From Octopus sinensis (Eukaryota): a stretch of 64,000 nucleotides of DNA. Numbering within the stretch: the stretch's first letter is position 1; each line of letters begins with the position of its first letter. The DNA is taken from positions 74,710,001 to 74,774,000 of the forward strand of contig NC_043001.1 in assembly GCF_006345805.1 (NCBI RefSeq). Reading direction: 5' to 3'. The notes under the pieces are model-generated. The model was not told the DNA's origin, searched no databases, and was given only the letters and a program-made list of their open reading frames with translations. Positions 54,751-64,000 of this stretch are shown piece after piece. Both the position numbers and the translations under genes were made by a program.

Positions 54751-55049
54751 TAGGAAAAACAGGAAGAAGAAGAAGAAGAAGAAGAAGAAGAGAAGAAGAA
54801 GAAGAAGAAGAAGAAGAAGAAGAAGAAGAAGAAGAAGAAGAAGAAGAAGAAGGAGGAGGAGGAGGAGGAGAAGAAGAAGAAGGAGGAGGAGGAGGAGGAG
54901 AAGAAGAAGAAGAAGAAGAAGAAGAAGAAGAAGAGAAGAAAGAAGAAGAAGAAGAAGAAGAAGAAGAAGAGACGCTAGCCTTGACAGCGGCTAGACGTGC
55001 TCTTCGCTGCTCTGACCAGTCAGTAGCTGAAGACAGAAATATTAATACA

Positions 55050-55660
55050 ACCAAGAAAATCAACTGAAAAATAACTCTCAAAGACTAGAATATCTGCAAT
55101 TTCCTGTATCTTAAATTTTCCTCAAAATAAGTTACGAAACTTACGTGACTACATTTTTCGAACGCTCTAATGATCAACTTTAAAAAAATTAATATCTACA
55201 ACTTCTGTGTATACCTATCCTTTCTTTTCTCCCTGAATATTCAAAACTGTAAACGTCCTTTTTATTGTAAGAATACTACAGTTTTTAAAACTTTAATATC
55301 TACAATTTTCTGTGAAAATTTTACTCTCCTTTTCTTTCCTTTCCTTTTTCTCTGAGTATTCGAAAGTGTAAACATCCTTTTTATTGCAAAAACTTTTTAT
55401 TACAAAATCTCACAGGTCGAACGTACAAACAATCATCTTTAGAAAATTCTAAAATCTACAATTTTCTGTGAGAATTTTACCTTTCTTTTCTCCTTGACTA
55501 CTCGAATATGTAAACATACCTTTTATTGCAACAGCACAATTAAATGCACGATGAACTGCACAATTACGAAAACTGTAAACCACAGCAAAACTTATAAAAG
55601 AAAAGAAAAAGTTACATTTTAAAAAATCAGAAATTCAAAAATTCAACGATGTGAACGTCA
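55050..55660. repeat. AT-rich segment with three diverged internal repeats
   Basis: tctacaa.tt(t)ctgtg...tgtaaac.t.cttttattg at ~55195, ~55299 and ~55455. Confidence 0.6.
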
Positions 55661-55716
<56 letters not shown>

Positions 55717-55746
55717 TATTATTATCATTATTATTATTACTATTAC

Positions 55747-55787
<41 letters not shown>

Positions 55788-55892
55788 TATTATTATTATT
55801 ACTATTACTATTATTATTATTATTATTATTATATTATTATTATTATATTATTATTATTATTATTATTTATTATTATTATTATATTATTATTA

Positions 55893-55974
<82 letters not shown>

Positions 55975-56309
55975 TCTATCTGTAATTAAAAATAGAACAA
56001 GGTGAATTGGTTCCCTTCAAGGCCATCGTCAGCACTCTCATTGATCGCTAGAAGTAGTAAATACATTTGGCCTCTACTGACCCCAGGGGTGTGAGGCTTC
56101 TTTTGTCTCCTGATTGCACAGGAATGCGAAAGCCCATTGTTGATCTTCTCACCATCTATCGACCCTATTTACAGACCTGTGGAATTTGGTCTATTCGCCA
56201 AGCTGCTTCTCTTCCTTCTATTATTTCCTTCAACCCTCACATATTTATGATTATCTCAAATACAAGATAAAAGTCGAAACTAAACAACATTTAATAATAC
56301 CACACTGTA

Positions 56310-56641
56310 AGGCGGCGCCGGGCGAAATGCGTTGCCGCATTTCGTCTGCCGTTACGTTCTGAGTTCAAATTCCGCCGAGGTCGACTTTGCCTTTCATCCT
56401 TTCGGGGTTGATTAAATAAGTACCAGTTACGCACTGGGGTCGATATAATCGACTTAATCCGTTTGTCTGTCCTTGTTTGCTCCCTCTATGTTTAGCCCCT
56501 TGTGGGCAATAAAGAAATAAGAAACGTTAGCACGCCAGGCGAAATGCTTAGCGGTATTTCGTCTGACGTTACGTTCTGAGTTCAAATTCCGCTGAGTTCG
56601 ACTTTACCTTTCATCGTTTCGGGGGCGATAAATTAAGTACC
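56310..56641 (+). mobile_element. SINE family 2, two tandem units
   Basis: gggcgaaatgc...gttctgagttcaaattccgccgaggtcgactttgcctttcatcc; B-box-like GAGTTCAAATT. Confidence 0.88.
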
Positions 56642-56644
56642 CTC

Positions 56645-59485
56645 TCTAAATACGAATTTGGATGTTCACTTGAATGGGAACTGCCCCGACTCGAGCCCTC
56701 TAGGCCCACCGCCACACTCACCACAGAAAGAAAAATTTAAGAGGATCAAATGGATCCGAGAAGAGTATATAGAAGTTAAGCAAGCCATCTGAAGCGAAAC
56801 ACATCGCTCACTCTTATCAAATATGGAGAACAAGAAATCAAGACAGCAGACTATATTTGGACGGAAAGAATTTAGCAAATGTTAGGAGGGATATCTTCAG
56901 AAATAAAAGACTCACGGATAGTGAAATAACTGCGATGAAGCACGCAACGGAAAATGAACTAAATATAAGACGGAAAGGAAATGAAGAACCAGACAAAGAG
57001 AGCAATAAAGAAATAAGAAACGTTAGCACGCCAGGCGAAATGCTTAGCGGTATTTCGTCTGACGTTACGTTCTGAGTTCAAAGTCGCAAAATCTCCACAA
57101 GTCTCAATTGAAAGACTACTATTTGGCCAGAACATGCAAACGTCTGGAGAAATAAATTGTAATGAACCTGATAAAGATAACGAGGGAGGTAGTAAAGAAA
57201 CAATATTTGAAGATTACACATTTACTGAAGAACATACAGAGTCTATGACAGAACTGAAGTAGAAAATCCTGAATTAGCTTGCAGTTTTAAGACACGCCAA
57301 TATGCATGATAGAGAACCACTTCATAAGCTCTCAAATACAATCCAAAATATAAAACAAATTAAAATTGGAAACTTAAACCAGATCTTACAGAATTAAATG
57401 AAATTATTTATGCAACTACTAAGACAATTAAAAACCAGTTGTATTCCTCTGAAAAAAAAAACAAGAAATACAAACTTGAGAAGAATTCAAAACTTGAAAA
57501 ATAAAATTGAAAAAGAGATTGAAATAATGAGAGGTAAAATATCAATATTGAATGAACTAATCTGTGGAAATGATGTAAAAACCAGAACAGGAAGAAAGGT
57601 GATGAGCAAACAAATATTCTCAGCAAGAGAACTGCTTTCGGCAAAAAAAAAAAACACTGCAACAAAAAATGCAAGCAAAAGCTCAAAGAATACGAAGATC
57701 TGAGAAAAGAAACAAATTTTACAAGCAAAATAAACTGTTCACATCCAATGCGAAAATATTCTACAGAGAAACAGGGAAGGAGAAAATAACCATTGGAGAC
57801 CACCCGCTGACATGGAAGAAGTTGAAAACTTCTGAAAAAATATCTGGTTCGATGAAATGACTTAAAAGGAAAATGCAAACTGGATTAGACGCACAGAAGG
57901 ATCCTACCAAGACTTACCAGAACAAGCATGGGAAGACATGACAATAGCAGACTAAGAATGACCCCACGAAGGCTCATAAGTGGAAATCCCCTGGTAATGA
58001 TAGAGAGCCAAATTTCTGGTTTATCTCTCACCCGTGCGCACACGAAATGTTAGTCCAGTTATTCAAAGAAATTATGAGAGATCCTACGAAAATACCTGAC
58101 TGGTTACCAAGCGATATTACTCCCGAAGAATAATGAAACTAAATCTCCCCAAAACTATCGACCCATAGCATGTTTACTACGTATAAAATTTTAACGTCCA
58201 TCTTCGTGGAGAAAACACAAATTTATGGAACGGAATTATATTTTCCCCACTGAACAAAAGGGGTGCCGACGAGGCTCCTATGGATGCAAAGATCAACTCT
58301 TAATCAATCGCATGATCCTTGAGAACTGTCATAACAAACGCAGAAATCTCAGATTATAAAAAGGCCTTCGGCAGCATACCGCATTCATGGATCTTGAAAT
58401 ATCTGGATATCTTCAAAATTTCTCCTGTGATTTCAAACTTCCTGAAGCACAACATGTCAATGGGGAACGCGAATCTTCAGCTATACCGCTCTAATGGAGT
58501 ACTGTGCACAAAAAAATATTAATATCAACTACAGCATTTTCCAAGGTGACTCACTTTAACTTTAATTTTCTGAATAGCCCTTACAAGTGAACTTAACAGA
58601 GCAGGGTATGGATATAAAATTGGGGACAAGAAAATAAATAATCCATTTTATATGGATGATTTAAAACTCTATGGCAAAGAGTTTGAAGGAGTACTACTGC
58701 GAAAGCATTCAGCGATGACATTGGGATGGAATTTGGTCTTGATAAATGTGCCACGGTCACTTTCCAGATATGGAAACTGAAGAGCTCACATTCAGTGGAG
58801 TTGGATGTTGACATAGTCATAAGAGAACTCGAGCAGGAACATACCTCGGAATGAGGGCTCTGTCATTCAGCATGCAAGTATAAAAGAGAAAATCAAGAAG
58901 GAGTGTTACAGGAGAGCTCGAGCAGTCTTAAAATCCGAGTTAAACGCACGTAACAAGGTGTTAGCTATAAATTCCTTAGCAGTTCTGGTTGTTATTTACA
59001 GTTTCAATATGTTGAACTGGAATATGATCGAAATAAGGAAGATTGATAGGAAAATCCATAAGCTGCTGACTTGCAATAAGACGCACCACCCAAAGGTAGA
59101 CACAGATCGTCTTTACCTACCCAGAGCTCAAGGAGGTCGAGGCTTGGTCCAGTTTGAAATCTACGAAACCACCACAATTGGACTCGCAAAATATCTTGAA
59201 ACATCTAACGACTGGATGCTAAAGCTCGTTGAAAATAATGAAAGACCTAAGAAGCTACATTCTGTTATGAAAGAGACCAAAATATTTTCAAGTGAGCTTA
59301 TGCATAATTCCCAGGTTGAACAGCATGATAGAAGTGCAGCATCTGTAGTTGCAAAGAAGGTTAAATCAATAGCAAAGCAAAATGCGTTTGAATAATTGGC
59401 TGATAGGTGGGAACAAAAACGTCTGTATGGCAAATATGTGACTCGTAGAAAACAAGCTGATGTAGACCAGAAGCACACCCAGTCA
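56645..59485 (+). mobile_element. R4/Dong-type LINE, long degenerate copy including the N-terminal region
   Basis: RIKW.REEY and LANVRRDI...KRLTDSEI (N-terminal), WKSPG.D, NYRPI, GCKDQLLIN, FQGDSL, YMDD and HHPK.DT.RLY; many stops and frameshifts. Confidence 0.9.
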
Positions 59486-59489
59486 GAGA

Positions 59490-60842
59490 GGTAAGATATA
59501 AGTACCTGGATATCATTGAAAGAGAAAAGATGAATGAACGCAAGATGAAAGAAATGTACACGAAAGAGTATTTGAGGAGAACTCAGCTTGTGCTCCAATC
59601 GAAGCTAAATGGCTGCTATAAAATTAGAGCAGTTAACACGTGGGCTGTTGCTTTGATGAGATATGGGACCAGAATAGTATCTTGAAAGAAACAAATTACT
59701 AGAGATAGACCTGAGAACAAGTAAATTAATGACAATGAATAATGAACTACACCCTATAAATGATGTGGCAAGGTTGTATGTAAAGAGGAGGGAGGGAGGG
59801 TGGGGATTAGTGTGTTGTGAAGGTTGTGTAAGGGAAGAGAAGAATAGCCTGACTCGGTATGTCAAGGGAAGTAAAGAAGAAATGATTGAAGCAGTGAAAA
59901 TGCAGGGAACCTTAAAAGTGAATGAGGCCGTAGATCCAACTTATTTAAGAAAGACTAGAGAGAGCAGATGAATAAAATTTGGCTGGACAAGAAAATGCAG
60001 TCAGTTTTTTGAAGAATAAAGATGAGATTGATTAAAATAGAACCTGGCAATTGCTACAGAACGGAAACTTAAAAGGGCCCACTGAGGCATTTGTGTGCAG
60101 CGCTCAATAACAAGCTCTCAGAACAAACTACTCCAAATATCACATTAATAAAGGCACTGACTCGCCACAGTGTAGGGTGTGCTATGAGAAGGGAGAAAGT
60201 ATAAGCCATATTGTTACTCAGTGCTGTAAGCTCGTTCAATGTGAATATGAAAGGAGACACGACAATGTGGCCAGATATGTCCACTGGCAGTTGTGCGGTA
60301 AAGCAAACCTCGAGAGATCCAAACAATGGTATGAACACGAGCCAGAGGGAGTAATGGATAACGAATATTACAAAATAACCTGGGATTTTAACATGCAGTG
60401 CGTCCAAGTCGTAGCGGAGAGACGACCAGATATCGTGCTCATCCATAAAGATGAAAAAGAAATAAAGATAATAGATGTTGCAATACCAGGCAATTCAAGG
60501 GTGAAATGTAAGGAAACAGAAAAGAGTGAGAAATACCAGCCACTGTGGGACAAGATAGGAAAGTTATGGGATATGAGGAAAGTAATGGTCATACCGGTGG
60601 TAATTGAAGCATTAAGGGCAGTTTCCAAGGGCTTTGAAAACCACATCAAGAATATTAGAGTTGCTGTCAAATTCGAGGTGATCCATAAGACAGCATTGTT
60701 GGGTACAGCTCACATTCTAAGGAGAGTATTGTCTCTGATTCACAGGACAAGGCACTAATTGAAACCTTTGGTGATTTGTTATTGCCTGCTTTCAAGTAAA
60801 GAATAAATAACCGTTAATTAAGAACAATCCGAGAGGCTTTCA
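59490..60842 (+). mobile_element. R4/Dong-type LINE 3' part (different subfamily)
   Basis: LHPINDVARLY..R.EGG.GL, CRVC..H...C, RHDNVA, RPDIV..D and K.EKY; ends before a TAA/GAT tract. Confidence 0.88.
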
Positions 60843-60859
60843 TAATAATAATAATAATA

Positions 60860-60904
<45 letters not shown>

Positions 60905-60906
<2 letters not shown>

Positions 60907-61190
60907 AGAGAAAATAGCAAAGTACCAGGATCTTGACAGTGCATAACAGTGACTATGGAAAGTGAGGTTTAAATGTATCTTTGTAGTTATAGGGGCATTA
61001 GGAACAATCCTTAAAGATTTGAACAGCTGGATAGAGGAAATAGGCATAAAGCCTAGTTTAGTACAGCTACAGAAAACTTATTGAGGACAGCAAGACTACT
61101 TCGGAGGGTTCTTGGCATCTAAGGTTACTTGTTGTTATTCGATAATAGGAATTTTTCTTTTCCACTGTCTAATCTGTTGTGCGTATATGC
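60905..61190 (+). mobile_element. R4/Dong-type extreme 3' fragment
   Basis: EKIAKYQDL, VVIGALG and TARLLRRVL; followed by (TAA)n. Confidence 0.75.
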
Positions 61191-61217
61191 AATAATAATA
61201 ATAATAATAATAATAAT

Positions 61218-61269
<52 letters not shown>

Positions 61270-61270
<1 letters not shown>

Positions 61271-62110
61271 GGGTTTCAAATGTTTTCACAGGTACAGCAA
61301 TTTTGGAGGAGGGGATGAGTCGATTATATCGACCCCAGTGTTCAACTGTTACTTATTTTATCGAACCTGAAATGATAAAAGGCGAACTCGACCTCGGCAG
61401 AATTTGAACTCAGAATGGAGTGACGGACGAAATACATATTTCTTTACTGCCCACAAGGGGCTACACACAGAGGGGAAAAACAAGGACAGACAAATGGATT
61501 AAGTCGATTATATCGACCCCAGTGCGTAACTGGTACTTATTTAATCGACCCCGAAAGGATGAAGGACAAAGTTGACCTCGGCGGAATTTGAACTCAGAAC
61601 GTAGCGGCAGACAAAATGCCGCTAAGCATTTCGCCCGGTGTGCTAACGATTCTGCCAGCTCGCCGCCTTCATAATAATGATAATAATCCTTTCTACTATC
61701 GGCACAAGGCCTGGATTATGTGAGGAGAAGGAGGACAGTCGATTACATCGACCCAAGTGCTCAACTGGTACTTGATTTATCGACCTCGAAAGGATGAAAG
61801 GTAAAGTAAATTTAAGCTCCGAATTTAAAGACGGACAAAATGCTGCAAAATACTTTACAGCATTTTGTCCGGCGTGCTAACGGTTCTGCTGGCTAGCCGC
61901 CTTTAAAGGTTTCTAATTTAGGTACAGCGCTCTTGAATAGTGGGGTTAAGTCAATACCATCGACTTCAGTACCTTGCATGTGCTGTATTTGATCGACGTT
62001 AGAAGGAAGAAAGACAAAGTTGACTTCGGATGGAATTTGAACTGTAAAGACCAGGAACGGAAACCGTAAGGTATTTTGTCCGACTCTTTGACGACTCTTC
62101 CAGATGATAA
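61270..62110 (-). mobile_element. Cluster of four SINE family 2 copies
   Basis: Repeated gtcgatta.atcgacccc...ttatcgac...aaagt.gac.tcgg...atttgaact units, all in the same orientation. Confidence 0.85.
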
Positions 62111-62183
62111 TGAAGTAATAATTGGTATGATGTGTAACATAAGTGCATGGCCTGAAAATTTTGATGGGACACTGAGGAAAGTA

Positions 62184-62647
62184 CCGTAAATCTTCAAGTA
62201 CAGTCCACCCTTGAGTATAATACGCAGGGGATTTTTAGGGGGCTGTACCTCTGAAAAACCTAAACCTTGTGTACAATACGCACTCCTTCTCTAACTTGAA
62301 TAGTGCGTAATTAAGCCAACAGCTGTTATATAGGAATATAAATATGTTTCCAAATTGTTTTTTGTTACATGTTATTCTGTGTTCTGACTACTTTTATTTT
62401 AATAAATGTTGCTTACTGCAAGTTATGGATGATTCTTTTATGACTTCATTACTTTCAGGCTTACCTTAAGGTATTTTCGCGCCCGACATCACAAAATGCC
62501 TCTGAATAAACATTGCCGGACAGCAAATAGAGATTCTGACATTTCTAAGAAAATATTTTTCATTTTTAACCTCTTATATAGTACGCACTAGGGATTTTGA
62601 CCTTGAAATTTTGGGGGGAAATGCGGATTATACTCCAGGATTTACGG
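62184..62647. mobile_element. Non-autonomous Tc1/mariner-pogo superfamily element (MITE)
   Basis: TIRs CCGTAAATCttcaAGTAcagTCC / GGAttaTACTccagGATTTACGG with TA on both sides (62182-62183, 62648-62649); it splits a SINE family 2 copy. Confidence 0.8.
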
Positions 62648-62880
62648 TAGTCAATTAAATTAACCCAGGTTTAACTGGTACTCTATTTAATCAACACCCA
62701 GAGCGACGAAAGGCAAAGTTGATCATTGCGGGATTTGAAAAAGAGACTAACTAAATACTACAAGAGGTATTTTGTCTAATTTTATGCAACGCTTAACAGT
62801 TCTGCCAATACGACGACGACGATGACGATGACAATGACGATGACGATGACGATGACGATGATGATGATGATGATGATGAC

Positions 62881-62914
<34 letters not shown>

Positions 62915-63207
62915 ACGATGATGATGAAGACGAGAAGGACGACGTTGACGACGACAAAAATGACGCAGCGGGGTCCATGATGATGATTCCGACGTTGTTG
63001 ATTGATATTGACAACGAAGACGATAATGATAATGATGATGACAATTATGACGACGACGACGACGATGATCACGATGATATTTTTGATTCCTGTTTCTTTC
63101 AAATGTTTGACTACTTGAACTTACTCGACCACAGTGGAGTAGATATGAGCAATATTAGCAGGTGGTCATTTGATGAATAAGGATATTCAAAAACTTAGAA
63201 GAGCAAC

Positions 63208-63334
<127 letters not shown>

Positions 63335-63341
63335 ATATATG

Positions 63342-63401
<60 letters not shown>

Positions 63402-64000
63402 GATAGATAGATAGATATAGATATAGATATATGTATGTATGTATGTATATGATATATGCGTGTGTTTATATAAATATATATATATATATACACACACACA
63501 TATATACATACTACACGCATACGCACATAAACACACACGCACACACACACACACACACATAAACACATACGCATACACACACACACACACGCACGCGTGC
63601 ATACACAAGAATAAAGTTTTATTTTCTGTGACGATTGATTTCTTTATCAGTAAACAGGATAAAAAGAAAACTACCGAATTAATATTTCCTTTTTGTCTTA
63701 TTCTATTTTATTTCTTTTTGTTTGTTTATCAAAGGGTTCTGTTTTTTAAACTGAGAAGTTTAAATGATTCCAGCTGGAAGATTTTTCAGTGCACGTGTAA
63801 CGATGGTTTAAGATAAGCACTATCTTTCTGTTAGCAAACAACAGGTTCTGATAAGCTAGGGAGGTAATAACGTAACATCACAAAAACCTATTGGTTTAAT
63901 ATTATTTGCTAATTGTTCTATTATTGCCACCAGTGTTTGTAAAAGAAAATAATGAAAGAATGAAAGTTTCTGCGAGTAACCACAAAAAACACTCGACTCA

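Overview
AT-rich, microsatellite-saturated eukaryotic DNA. The SINE types, (TAA)n-targeting R4/Dong LINEs and repeat density suggest an octopus or other cephalopod genome (inference). The only host gene I can support is the last three coding exons of an ACCS-like PLP-dependent aminotransferase on the + strand (396-538, 3617-3770, 4861-4901). The rest is nested mobile DNA: R4/Dong-type RLE LINEs (one near-intact at 38.7-42.0 kb), RTE and L1/Tx1 LINEs, a decayed Gypsy pol, mariner, maT and pogo transposons, a MITE, three tRNA-derived SINE families and Penelope-like elements (PLEs). Most short ORFs in the track are microsatellite or antisense artefacts. The most notable unlisted signal is a set of at least five unrelated short inverted-repeat elements. 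Each carries a type I hammerhead ribozyme motif with a palindromic, dimer-type helix III. One family combines a tRNA-like Pol III head, a (TAA)n tract, a hammerhead and a ~31-nt Penelope-type tail. It occurs both attached to a GIY-YIG ORF and as ORF-less copies with target-site duplications, so it is a candidate PLE-mobilised, ribozyme-bearing SINE. Boundaries of degenerate repeats are approximate and read by eye.
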